This document shows positions 9,106-20,900 of a stretch of DNA of 64,000 nt, one piece after another. The stretch's first letter is position 1; the number at the start of each line of letters is the position of its first letter. Source of the DNA: a virus (taxonomy: Duplodnaviria > Caudoviricetes); IMG/VR virus record IMGVR_UViG_3300029882_000009, positions 33,746 to 97,745 of that record. One strand, 5' to 3'. Below the pieces are notes generated by a model. It had not been told where the DNA came from, made no database searches, and saw only the letters and a list, made by a program, of their open reading frames with translations. A program made the translations under genes and the position numbers.

Positions 9106-10725
9106 TTATGGTAGTATGATTTGTTGCATAACATTGCCAGATAAGGTCTGTATAGAGATGTAAAGCGTATCGCTTGTCCCCAATGTCTCAAATATCGAAT
9201 ACGGATTCGTGTAGAGATTGCTACGTTCGCCGCTCGTGAGCTGGCGGTTAAAGGCGTAAAAGAAATCATAGCTACCTATAAACGGGTAATTGCCAAGTAC
9301 TAATTCATATCCTCCTATACAGGCATTTGTATTTGATGCAGTAATTGTTGTAAAGGTCCCGCTAGCCTCGGCTGTGCCGGAGCCGTCTAAATAGATAGTC
9401 CAAGTCGTGCCATCAAACGTAAAAAATGCTGTGTGCCAATTGTTATCGACTACATCAGTAGTTCCCGTAACAATAGTGCTGCCATTATTTATTTTTAAGA
9501 AATTTGATTCTGTATAGATGTTAATCTGACCGTCTCCTGTAGCCGGACCCATCGAGAATAAAACACCCAGTGGCGCTGACGCCGTTTTAAACCTTATCAT
9601 GAACTCGCGAGGATTGGAGCCTAAAACCAGGTCAGTATCCGGGAATAATACTCCATTATTGCTAGATGCACCAAGCAAACAATATCCTGCATCGCCTGTC
9701 GTCCAAGACATACCAGTCTGCAGTGTACCAGTCTGGCTATTGGCCGCTTCTTGTGTGGATGTGCCGGTGCCCTCGTTAAATTGAAAAGCAGCAACACAAG
9801 CCGTAGCTGGTCCTGTAGATGTCATAGATGCAGGGACAGCTAACTTAGTAGTAGTACCTGGTGCTGGTGCAACACCTTCCAATAGATACATTTGTCCCCG
9901 ATTACCACTGGTTGGTGATGGTAGTGATGGTACAAGGATAACACCGCCCCCTGCACTACCGGTACTTGAAAGTGTTCCGTCTGGAGTAACAGATAAACCA
10001 GATCCGACTTTTATACCACCTAATTGGGTTGTTGTTGCCGGTAACAATAACGATGAGCCACCACCTACATCTCTACGTATCCAAATCTTGTTAATAGCAT
10101 CAAGGCGATACATTCCCATTGACGTTTCATAACTATCAATTAAATCAACAATAGTATTATGAAATAATTTAGTGGTGGCAGGATCTGGTAAAGAGAAGAG
10201 AACGAGCGGTACGGCAGTTATGGTCAGCGATCCATCGCTAACACCCCCTGATGTTACACTTTCTGGAGTTGTCGCAAAATAAACATTAGCACCTGGATCA
10301 AGTACAAACCCTTTAACTTCAGTACTTGCAGCCTCCAACAAAAATGATGTATTTTCAAGGATTGGTGGTTGAATTGAGGCTAAATTAGCAGCGGCTGTTA
10401 TCGCTGCAGATTGTGCGGAAGCAGCAGCAAGAGCATTTGTCCCAGTGCCGGAAGACCCATAGCCTATAATCTGAGGGTTGTGATTTTTACCTTTAGTATT
10501 ATTAACAGTAACTTGATCGCCAGCCCTGAGATTATTACCTGTAGAATTTTCAACTTGAATAAGTGACTGTATTTGGCCAGCAACCAATACATCTGCTGCG
10601 TAAGTGCCATTTGCATTTGTATAAACACGTGTTACAGCACCCTTTTGAGTCTCAATCGTAGCATTAGCTTCCGCTTTAGCTCGGCTTTGGGATGTATTTA
10701 CAATTGATGTGTAGAGACCACTCAT
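9106..10725 (-). CDS. Tail fibre/receptor-binding protein with LamG-like domain
   Basis: LPATTTQLGGIKVGSGL fibre repeat; WHTAFFTFDG..IYLDG...FNRQLT. Confidence 0.8.
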   Translation of the reverse strand: MSGLYTSIVNTSQSRAKAEANATIETQKGAVTRVYTNANGTYAADVLVAGQIQSLIQVENSTGNNLRAGDQVTVNNTKGKNHNPQIIGYGSSGTGTNALAAASAQSAAITAAANLASIQPPILENTSFLLEAASTEVKGFVLDPGANVYFATTPESVTSGGVSDGSLTITAVPLVLFSLPDPATTKLFHNTIVDLIDSYETSMGMYRLDAINKIWIRRDVGGGSSLLLPATTTQLGGIKVGSGLSVTPDGTLSSTGSAGGGVILVPSLPSPTSGNRGQMYLLEGVAPAPGTTTKLAVPASMTSTGPATACVAAFQFNEGTGTSTQEAANSQTGTLQTGMSWTTGDAGYCLLGASSNNGVLFPDTDLVLGSNPREFMIRFKTASAPLGVLFSMGPATGDGQINIYTESNFLKINNGSTIVTGTTDVVDNNWHTAFFTFDGTTWTIYLDGSGTAEASGTFTTITASNTNACIGGYELVLGNYPFIGSYDFFYAFNRQLTSGERSNLYTNPYSIFETLGTSDTLYISIQTLSGNVMQQIILP

Positions 10726-10728
10726 GAT

Positions 10729-13700
10729 TTATGTTACCGCAATCGCATTGTAATGATTAAGTATGGCACCCGCCGACAATGGATAGTTGTAGATCGCAAG
10801 ATTATTATATTGAGAATCAGTAAAACCATCTGCTGTTGGGTATCCTCCACCACTCCCTTGTACATACCCAAGCGAAAATAAATTAGATCCCACAAGTGGT
10901 GTCCCGGACGGTATAAAAGATTGAATAAGAACTCCGTTTAAATATACTGCTAGATTTACACCGTCCCAAGTCATAACAATATGCGCCAGTGTATTGAAGG
11001 GTCGCGGGGTATAACTTGTAGTGTATGTCCCTCCTGTGAATGCCATGCCGATTATTAACTCAGTTGGGACGCCGTAAATCGCGTTGGCTGTATCGGTATT
11101 ACAGTTAAACATAATTCCGGAGGTTAAACTACTCCATTGCGTTGTTGTTCCTGCAAAACCGAGGCCGTTGTCTATGCTTGGGAGATTACACAAGAACTCT
11201 ATCGTGAATTGTGGCAGACTCTCTGGTTGTACAGTCGTTTGAATACCAGGCGTTGTAGACGAGCCCGACTGCATCCCAAATGGCTGATCAGCACATAATG
11301 AAGATCCAGAAATCACCACCCCAGTGTATGCGCCAGTATACGTCGATCCTATAATTAGATTTTGTGCCGTCTCATCATTTACAGCGTCACTTAAAGGCCA
11401 GAGAGCAAGAGGTTTAGAATTTAGTTGTTGTTGCGTAAATCCACCACGTTCTTGAGAGAACAACAAGAATCCTGTATATTCATCATACATAGTAGCAGTT
11501 TTAACATCTTGGCGTTCTCCAACACGTACAATTCTTTGAACATAAGACCATTGATCAGACCCTTGAACCCCAACTCTGGGGTTAAAATACTTGATGATTT
11601 GACCAGGCTCAATTATCGGAATACTTGCGGTTTTTTGATAAACCGGATTACGCTGCCAAGCGTTCATATTCATAAACCATTGACCAGTTTCAGTACACTG
11701 ATCTAATGTACCAAGCAACGGGTTATTTATTTCTTCATTTTTAATACCGTATAGTAATTGATTTGGTGAATATGCACCTGTCACATCCACTGTTGGGGGT
11801 GTTGGTGTGATTTCTGTGTCACCACAATTTATGACTGCCCCCGTTGCTTCGATACCTTGGGGATCGTAGACCTCTATGGCAGAAATCATTGCATTTCCGT
11901 ATTGTTGACCTGATGGGGTTCCACTCGGAGGTGACACATTTTGAAAAGTGATAATTATATTCCCAGACGCATCACATCCAATACCTTCATAAGTTTTAGT
12001 TGAGGCTACTAATGATCCGTTCGCGTTTGCCCATGTATCAAAATTTTCATCTATGAATCCGTTGTTGAATATAATGTTAAATACACGAAAACCAGGACCA
12101 GATGTTGGCAAATTAGGAGCCGCTGGGGGAATTGTGTTTGGTGGGACTATTGTTGGATCACCATAACTGAGTATTACTGTATAGCCACGACCGAACTGTA
12201 ACCCACCAATTGTATAAGTGAACGAATCGCCCGTAGCATTCGTGGTTGTATAACGAGATGTTTGGAATATTTCTTGTGGGGCAGGTACTGTTAAATAGGT
12301 TAAGTCAAATGTTTCACCATCTGGATAACCTGCTTCTTCTACAGTTTTTGAAGTTCCACCAGACGATGTATACCCAGGTGGTTGATTGTTTGGAAACGCT
12401 GGGGCATCTGGGATTCCTTCGACTTCGTTGGATGCAGTTCCAGCTATTGCTCCATAATATGGCACTATATAATAATAATACGGAGTTCCATTTATCAATC
12501 CTGTATCGCTATAAGCGGTTCCTGTTAGCCCCGAAACAAGTAATGTTTCGCCCCCAGAAGTTAACCCTCGATATAGGCTATATGAGGTAGCTCCATGAGC
12601 ATCTACTGTCCATGCAAGATCTACACCCCCACTTGGTTGAGAAGTCAAGCTTAAAATTACTGGTGGGGGGTTGTCCGAACCATAATCTTTATAGGTCATA
12701 TCGTAAAAAACGATTTGGCCCTGTTCGTAAGCAATCTGCGCAAGTTGAGATATATATAATCCATCAGCGGAAATAACCAGTGTCATTGGGGTTACTTCTT
12801 CCCCGGCTAGATGGCTATATTGTAATGAGTTCTGAAGAGCAAAAGTAGTTCCTGTTATTTTGCGAATTATTGCATATTCTCTGGTTTTGCCAGTACCAAT
12901 AGCAATTACGTTCATTGTTGCAATACTTGGTGGTGAACCAGGAGTTGTGTAACCAGACGCACTCACTACTTGAATAGTTTGAGGGGTGGGTGGAATTGTT
13001 GTCGCAACCGGAGACACATTGCTTGATAGTGTTGTGGGAGATGGAAGGGATGATAAATTCACATAAACTTCTACGGGTGTACCCATACCTAATGGTTGAA
13101 GGGATGTAGAGTCTTCTGGATTAAGCACTTGGTAAGTCCGATGATCCCCAAAAACATCAATAGCGGTTGCCAAAGAAAATGAAATGGAATTGTAATCAGT
13201 GATCTTTGTAAGTGTAGCGTTAGTGCTTGCAACTGGTTGACCATAAATGTCAATATCAAAATCCCAACCATTGTTGTCTGAGTTGGCGTAACCAAAGAAT
13301 GGCAAATCTTGCCATACAGTTAATCCAGTCGCCGGGGAGAGAGCAGCTACCAACAGAAACAACATCCCCATATCGTGACCATTGTCATCAGTGGCTATGA
13401 CACCGGGATATGGACCGGTATCATTATTATGCCCATTACTCTCCCACGGCCCCATAGGAACAGGTGTTCCATCAGGAGTAATAGCTGTCGGGTCAGCACA
13501 TAGTGTTTTAAGATTATCGGGACTTCCAGATACATCACCACCGGAAGAATTGTGAAAATTCGGACAATAAACAACTGCGTAAACGCCGGTAGCAGTCAAC
13601 AAATTTTGAGATTGGCTATTCTGCGTCAACGGAACAAGATAACTCGCCCCTTTACCTGTAGAAATACTATTCAGAGTATTGGCATTACCTAACGATGTAA

Positions 13701-14535
13701 GAAGTTGTGGTGGTCCATAGGTAATTACTTCATTAAGCGACTGACCCAAAACCGTAACCTGATTATTAAATGTAAATATACGATTGCTTGGTCTTATAGT
13801 CATTGTTATGGTTCCGTCAGGGAACACGAAAGAAACAAGACTATCATCCGGCGGAGAAGTGGCGTCAGGCCAGCCAACTAAGGCAGGAGCGCCGGAAGCA
13901 GCACTGCCAACTCTTGGCCTCGTCGCTAATGCTCCCGTATAGTTGAACCACACGAAATATAGTACAAGGTTGAATATATCTGCAAAGGCATCAGCAACAG
14001 ACATTCCTGGAAACTGCACAAATGGAACAACGTAGTCCAGCGGAAACAGATTGGTGTTTGCGCTCTTCGCATATTGAAATAACATGTCCGAAGCTATCAA
14101 ATTTGCTTGTTGATTGTACCAAGGGTTAGTTGTGACGTTCTTGGTCAACAATGGATACATGGGATCGAAAACTATGACAGAAAATAGATCAGAACTTAAA
14201 CGTCTATATTCCCAATCTGTTTCGGTAATCGAACCAAAGAAAATTGGGTAATAATAATCGGTTTCGGTTGATGGATCATAAAATCCAATTTCAAGACTAA
14301 TTATGCGACCTTCAACAAAAACATTCGCAGCGGTAGTTGATCCATAAGTGTCAAAATATCCGTTCGCGTTTGTGAGTGTTAATGTAAGTTTATGAGATTC
14401 AAGTACATCAGTATGATCAGTTTCATATCTTTGTACATATGAACTAACATCCATAAACGTGGTGACGCCATCAGCCTCCAATGCAAGGCAGCGAATAATT
14501 CCATGTCGGGTTGTATTTAATAAGTTGTATGTCAT
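10729..14535 (-). CDS. Large tail/baseplate hub protein with FN3, malectin-like and LamG-like domains
   Basis: VDLAWT..GATSYSLYRG..YSDTGL.NGTPYYY (FN3); RVFNI..N...FD (malectin-like); HIVMTWDG..VYLNG (LamG). Confidence 0.8.
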   Translation of the reverse strand: MTYNLLNTTRHGIIRCLALEADGVTTFMDVSSYVQRYETDHTDVLESHKLTLTLTNANGYFDTYGSTTAANVFVEGRIISLEIGFYDPSTETDYYYPIFFGSITETDWEYRRLSSDLFSVIVFDPMYPLLTKNVTTNPWYNQQANLIASDMLFQYAKSANTNLFPLDYVVPFVQFPGMSVADAFADIFNLVLYFVWFNYTGALATRPRVGSAASGAPALVGWPDATSPPDDSLVSFVFPDGTITMTIRPSNRIFTFNNQVTVLGQSLNEVITYGPPQLLTSLGNANTLNSISTGKGASYLVPLTQNSQSQNLLTATGVYAVVYCPNFHNSSGGDVSGSPDNLKTLCADPTAITPDGTPVPMGPWESNGHNNDTGPYPGVIATDDNGHDMGMLFLLVAALSPATGLTVWQDLPFFGYANSDNNGWDFDIDIYGQPVASTNATLTKITDYNSISFSLATAIDVFGDHRTYQVLNPEDSTSLQPLGMGTPVEVYVNLSSLPSPTTLSSNVSPVATTIPPTPQTIQVVSASGYTTPGSPPSIATMNVIAIGTGKTREYAIIRKITGTTFALQNSLQYSHLAGEEVTPMTLVISADGLYISQLAQIAYEQGQIVFYDMTYKDYGSDNPPPVILSLTSQPSGGVDLAWTVDAHGATSYSLYRGLTSGGETLLVSGLTGTAYSDTGLINGTPYYYYIVPYYGAIAGTASNEVEGIPDAPAFPNNQPPGYTSSGGTSKTVEEAGYPDGETFDLTYLTVPAPQEIFQTSRYTTTNATGDSFTYTIGGLQFGRGYTVILSYGDPTIVPPNTIPPAAPNLPTSGPGFRVFNIIFNNGFIDENFDTWANANGSLVASTKTYEGIGCDASGNIIITFQNVSPPSGTPSGQQYGNAMISAIEVYDPQGIEATGAVINCGDTEITPTPPTVDVTGAYSPNQLLYGIKNEEINNPLLGTLDQCTETGQWFMNMNAWQRNPVYQKTASIPIIEPGQIIKYFNPRVGVQGSDQWSYVQRIVRVGERQDVKTATMYDEYTGFLLFSQERGGFTQQQLNSKPLALWPLSDAVNDETAQNLIIGSTYTGAYTGVVISGSSLCADQPFGMQSGSSTTPGIQTTVQPESLPQFTIEFLCNLPSIDNGLGFAGTTTQWSSLTSGIMFNCNTDTANAIYGVPTELIIGMAFTGGTYTTSYTPRPFNTLAHIVMTWDGVNLAVYLNGVLIQSFIPSGTPLVGSNLFSLGYVQGSGGGYPTADGFTDSQYNNLAIYNYPLSAGAILNHYNAIAVT

Positions 14536-14544
14536 TATGTTGCG

Positions 14545-14919
14545 TTACGGCATTGATACGACTTGCATTTTTAAGGTTACATTCATCAATGCGTCCAAAC
14601 TGCCCTTTAATTGTCCATCAGCAGGTTTTAGATCCATGCAAAATACGGTGTAGGAAGTTGGCGGGTCATTCCAGTCGGTGAACACTAAATTCTTTACAAG
14701 AGCTACCTTACCTACCAGAACATTATATATAGCCGTTGGTATGGTAGGCCACATCAATTCTATGGTTTGATCTGAAACTATCACTCCATAGGTTGTGATA
14801 ACACCGCCTTGAAGTGTAGGTTCGTATGTGGCTGACACAGGCTGGTATGGAACCTGTTTAGGAGCGTTAAAAGGAAAGGTGTATCCATCCAATGTGCATG
14901 TTGTTTGGTTCGTCATCAC
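14545..14919 (-). CDS. Distal tail protein-like
   Basis: Size and position immediately after the tape measure gene. Confidence 0.6.
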   Translation of the reverse strand: MMTNQTTCTLDGYTFPFNAPKQVPYQPVSATYEPTLQGGVITTYGVIVSDQTIELMWPTIPTAIYNVLVGKVALVKNLVFTDWNDPPTSYTVFCMDLKPADGQLKGSLDALMNVTLKMQVVSMP

Positions 14920-17900
14920 GAAGTTCCTCTACGGGCGTTATCAATGGTCAACAGATGACCCAGCGCCTCAGAAGTATCATTAACTATATGAGAATGAATA
15001 GCTGAAGGATCTGGATTGCCATTCACTGTAATATGATTAACAATTGTATGGTTTGCGGGGGTTGGCGCTGGGCCGGATTCCATACTGTGAACGCCAGCAG
15101 CGCCCATACTTGTAGTCCCCAATAGCGCACGTAGTCCGTCCTGCCCTGTATACTGACCTTTAGCTATAGGACTATAATCCGTAAACACATCTTGGAAATC
15201 TTGTTTTTGTGTAACATCCCCAACGGCATATTTAGAAGGTCCACCATTGCCAAAAGCCCCAAACATCTGTGCTACAGACATTGCAAGACCGACATATCCC
15301 AGTGCCGTACTTAATCCTGCCATACCAGTTGATGCTGTTTTGGCTGCAGTCGCCGCTGCAGTCGCCCCGGACGCACCTATACTAGCTGCAGCCGCCCCAG
15401 CCGTGGCCGCCGAGGCGGCTGCAGCCGCCCCAGCACTGGCTGTTGCTGCAGTTGTGGCGGCAGAGACAGCAGCACCGGCTACAGGACCTAATGTAGCAGC
15501 GGCTACTGCAGCACTCGCAGCATTGGCTGCAGCCATACCTTGCGATGCTGCAGTTATGACTGTTGATGCTTTTGGCATTAACGACATTACACTTTGAGCA
15601 ACTTTTAAACCAGATTGGACTTTACTTAAAGTTTTTTCTACAGGGGTTGTTGCGTCACCTTTCAATCCTAAAGCCGCTGCTCCTGCCGTAACCGCATTCG
15701 CATCCGCTGTAGTTTGAGAAACAGAGCCTTGCGGAGAATTAGCTGCATCCGATATACTGTTGAATGCACTAATATCACCAGATACATTACCAAGTCCTTG
15801 TGTGGCTCCAATTGCACTGGATGTGCCTTTTCCATTCCCGCCGCTACTTCCACCATCACCACCCACCTGTTGCGTAGCGATCACGTGATCAACTGCTTTC
15901 TGTGTCTCGGTTAAAGGATCTGGGGGTGCTTGGGGTGTAGTAGATCCAGATGATTTCCCAACACCAGTTAAGGCCGCAACTAGTTCTGGGAATCTGGTGT
16001 TAATTATTGCAGACAAACCATTCAATGCTGGTACTACAATATTACCTACTTGAGCATATTTATCAACCCATGCCTTAGCGTCATCCGCAGCTTTTTTAGT
16101 AGCATCTTCTTTCGGATTTTTACCTTTTAGCTCAACCGACAAAACTTCCTTTTTAACGAAATCGGTCAGCGACTTCTTCTCGTATTCTTTAAGAATATCC
16201 TCTCCAGCCTTACGAATATTCTCAGATCGATTACCTTTACTGGTGAGTACATCAAATGCTTTTTCGAAATATCCTCCAATTGTATCAGCAGTCTTTTTCG
16301 CATCCTCTTGTGTAGAGGCGAGTTGTTGTTTGGTCGCAGTCGCTATATCTGATGCAACAGTCTTTGCCTCCTCCGGCGAAAGAGAAGCACCCTGTAACGT
16401 CTTCAAATCAGAGATATAGCTCTCAAGAGAGAGATGGCCTTCCTTAACAGCATCTTGCCAGCCAGAAATCATATCTGTGGCATCTTGCCAATCTGCGGAG
16501 CGTAGAGTTTCGGCAATAGGGGCCATTTTCTCATTGAATTGTTCAGATGTTATAGTGCCAGCATCTAGTTCCGCACGTAGATCATGTATGTCTTTTATAA
16601 ACCCATTACGTAAATTATCCCGACTTGCTGCGCCCAAAGCGAACAATGCCTGAGTCTGGCGATCTGTGGCTGCTATCGTTGTATCTAAATCTTCTGATTT
16701 GGCAGCATTTGTAGCAGCCGTGACATACCGTTGTACATCAACAGCCGATTGTGGTTTTTGTTTTGGATCAGTGGGATGCAAATATAGTTGCGCCTGATCT
16801 TGAATGGCCTGTAACTTATCTGACAAGTCTGTTTTGCCCGTAGCGGACGCAGTCGCATCATGAAGTGAGCGACTAGCTTCCACATATGCTCGTGCAGCCT
16901 CAGCAGTGTCTTTAGCAGTTTGTTTTAATGTTTCAGCATGTTTTTTTGCAAATTCATCTAGAGAATCCCCAAAACTATGCTCACCATTTTCAGCCTCTCT
17001 AAGTGCAGCGGTTAATTCTTTAAGTTTGTCTTTTGCTGCTTCGTAAGCATGTTCTTGGTCTTGAGTTGCACCCTTACCATGCTTCATTTTTTCAGGGTCA
17101 GAAAGTATACTTATATGTTCTTTCATCTCCTTAACAGTACTTATCGCTACTTTCATCTTCTCATTAAGAAGTGCGAATGCGTTTACATCCGCGTCAATAG
17201 GTTTATGTGTTTCGCGAAGATGATTTTCCCATGCGGTTGTAGCAGCGTCCAGTGCGTCAATCTTTGACTGGTATATTTCACTTTCTGTTTGATTTTCAGA
17301 TAATAAATCTGCCGCTGAAGAAGATTTTATACCCTTACCTGAAGTACTACCATCACTCACACCTTTTTTACTATTATCAGGAGCGCGAAGAGGACGGTTT
17401 GGATCAAAATCATTAATATTATAATGATCCATAATTTTTCGTGCCGCAGTTTCAGCTTGATCATAGCGACCACGCAAATCTGCTCTAGGCTGTTGTACAT
17501 TAGCCGCATTGTTACCTGGGGTATGATTAGGGTTCCAAATCTTAAATAGTTGATTATAGTATGATGCTGCCGCTGTTGCAGGGTTTGTCATGCTAGAAAC
17601 AGGACCCCATTTGTCTGTCTCTCCCTGTCTCTGCTGGAATACCCCTATACTATCATGATCGTTGTGTTTCCCAAGATCTGGAAGATTTTTCAAACCACTT
17701 TCTACGATACCTGTTTCAACAGCCGATAGAATCTGGCTTTGTGATGCACCCATCTTCTGGCCCACTTCAATGATAGTTCGCGCAATTGCCCCGGACGAAT
17801 TGGGGTTGGTTGCGTCCATTGCCGCATCTGTTCTTGATTGATTATAATTTTGTGTTAAGCCTGATTGTATTGTGCCCAAATTACGTAATTGTGCTGCCAC

Positions 17901-20900
17901 ATCAGACAATTCTTGAGGGGTTCCATGATGAAGAACTGAAGTTTTTAAACCATTTACATCACCACTGCCAAATAATCCATTACCCTCATACTGAGAAGTG
18001 TATGGGTTACTCATATCTTCTGGATTGTTGGGATCTGCATCTCTAAACTGCCACCCTTTCAACCACGGCAATGCGTTACCATTAGGATTTTCTGTGGGCA
18101 CCATACCGGTCTTGAGAGACCACTGTAATCTTTTGATATCCGTAGCATTGTCGTCTCTTTGTTCTGCCGTACCTTGAGCAGTTACCAGATCTGTTTTTTC
18201 GAGGGCATCTTGAGCCGCTGCGGTCATATCTCGAAGATTGTTCGCTGCAGTAGCCGCGTTGTTGCCCATAACTAAGATAGCATTACCTTGAGCATCGTAG
18301 CCGCTAACCAAATCAGGAGATAGCAATGATATTTTATTCTGAATATCGTGAATTTCATCTAATTGCTCTTTTGTTTTTGGCCCTTTATTGTCATTCAGGT
18401 CAGCGAGTTGTTTAAGCAGGGCCAATGTAGCTTGTGCATGTTCTTGCCCTGCTCGTGCAGCTTTCAAATGGGCGTCTTGCTCATCCAGCAAATCCTGATT
18501 AGTTTTTGTGTGACTATCACCTAATTTATCGTATAGATAAATGAGACCGGCTATTACTGCTACCAAAGCAGTTATTGCCCAAACTACAGGGCCACCGAAC
18601 ACTTCTGATAGAGCAATACCTCCAGCAGCCAACTCTCCTGTTTCCGTTGTAACTACTGATAGTGGAAGTGCCCAAGACTTAAACGCTGCACCTATACGCA
18701 TTCCATAACCAACAATTGTGAATAGGGCACCAATCAACACAGCACTAACCGCAGCAAATGTGGTTGTTTTAACAATAGCACCTTCCATTGCAGGTGACAT
18801 ACCGTTAAAAGTAGTAATAGCCCCCTCAATTGTTGTCATTAATTTAATGACTGTAGGTTTTAATATAGACTCGGCATCTGAAGCGAATGAGGCCACTGAA
18901 GCATTAAAATGTTTCTGAGTTTGTTCCAAACTCGTATTCATCATGTCGCTGGCTTTTGTTGTACTTCCGGCTGAGTTGGAAATATCATTAAGTGTTTTGG
19001 CAAATCGAACGCCGCCATCATTCAGCAATGAAAAGACAGCTTGATTCTTACGCATATCAGGAAACAGCTTATCGAGCATGTCTGATTTGCCACCGGTTGC
19101 CTTTTCAAGTTCCTGTATTGTCTCTTCAAAACCAAACTTTCGAATATGCTCGGAACCTTCACCCAAAGCCAGCCAGCTAAGATGCAACTTATCTGCTTCT
19201 TTGCGCATAGCAACCGTTGGGTTGATAAGGCCGTTCATGAAGTTTTTAAGATACGTAGATGCAGTTGCAGCATTCTTAGTTGTCTGAGTCATGTTGGCGA
19301 GCGCAGCAGAATATTCCTGCACACTCATACCAGCATTCTTCGCCATCTCCATGCCGTTTGCGAACGCCGGGACCATTTCCTTACCGGGTTGTAGTGAATC
19401 GGTAACGGCACGTGTATAAATGTCTGTAACTTCCGCAGCGTCAGAAGCATGGAGTCTAAAGGCAATTAATGTTTTGGTTAATAGTTCAGTACTATCACCC
19501 ATTTCTGCTTCATTACCTTTAGCAAAATTGGCTGCATTAGCAAGAACTTTCATTCCCTCAGCGCCCTTAAATCCAGCACTTTCAACAGGGTATAGTGCTT
19601 GCGCTACAGCATCAGGCATCTGATCATAAGCTTTGGCAACAGCAATTACTTCCTTACGTATTTGTTCGTATGGTCTAGTATCACCGGCAGTTGCCTGGAT
19701 ACGCTTAATCATATCTTCGGTCTGCATACCATTTTTTACAAGCTCACCAATACCATATAGAGCAACACCACCAGCAGCCGCAAGTGCAAACCCGGCACTC
19801 GCCATCATATAGGATTGACCCATAAGATCACGCGAACCAGAACCTGTAAATTGAGAAGATTGTTTTGCTCGTGCTTTTATGGCTTCGGGAGATTGTAGGT
19901 AGTCAATCTTACCTTGTTTTGAAGCAGCAGCCAACATAGCATCTGCTTCATTCTCGGCCCTTTCAACACTCCCAGCTTTATTAACGGCTGTTTTAATAGC
20001 CTCAGAACGTTGATATTGTTCAACAGAAAGGGCTAAGGCTGCGGACTTTTCTGCCTCACTCTGCCTAAACGCTTTTTCATCTTCTTTATATCCAAAATTA
20101 GCGAGTAAGACTCGTTGTTTTTCTAAATCTTTTTCTTCTTTTATTACTATACGTGCTAACGCTAATTTGTCAGCTTCAGCTGCACCAAACATATCCTTTT
20201 CGTATTTGTATAGTACTGCTTCTGCCGCAGCAACTTCCTTTTCCATTTCTATGCGTTCTGCAGCAAGTGTTTTGGCGCTGGCAAGTTTCTCTATCTCGCC
20301 TTCTTTAAATTCTTGGACTTCGTCAGCAGCCGCTTCCCTGGCCACTGTTGTTCCAAGGCCACGCCGTGTGTTCAAGAGTCTTTGATATTCAACACTATCT
20401 GCTACCGCTCTATTTTCGGCGGCTAGCTCTGCCTCTAAAGCGTTTAACCTACCAGTTAAATATTGGTCGTATTCTATAGCACTAAGTCTATTGCCTTCAA
20501 ATGCTTTAGCACGAGCCGCGTCTAGATTTACTATGCGACCACCAGCACCACCTGCAGCCGTTCTTCCACGTCCACCACCGCCGCCTCCTCCGCCAGTATT
20601 GCCAGCAGCTCTATTAGCGTTATTTATAGCATCAGTTACACGACCGAGAACGCCCAAATCTGTTGCTAGACCGCGAATTTCTGTTCGTGCTATACCAGCA
20701 GATGTACGAACGCCATTTAACCAGGTAGTTGTAGTTTCTAGTTTTGGATTTAGAGTGTCTGAGGCTGCTGTGAGACCGTTGAAAGACCCGGAGAGTAGAT
20801 CTATTTTGCCAACAAGGGAATCAATGCGTCTATTGAGTGCAGTGATAGGGCCGCCGAGGGATTTTTGAACACGCTCACCAATTGCTTCTACAGTTTTGGC

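Noticed and set aside
9106-14535. Diversity-generating retroelement acting on tail fibres
   Set aside because: No reverse transcriptase and no template/variable repeat pair seen
15247-20868. Several plus-strand Ala/Pro-rich ORFs
   Set aside because: Shadows of the tape measure gene with no RBS or motifs
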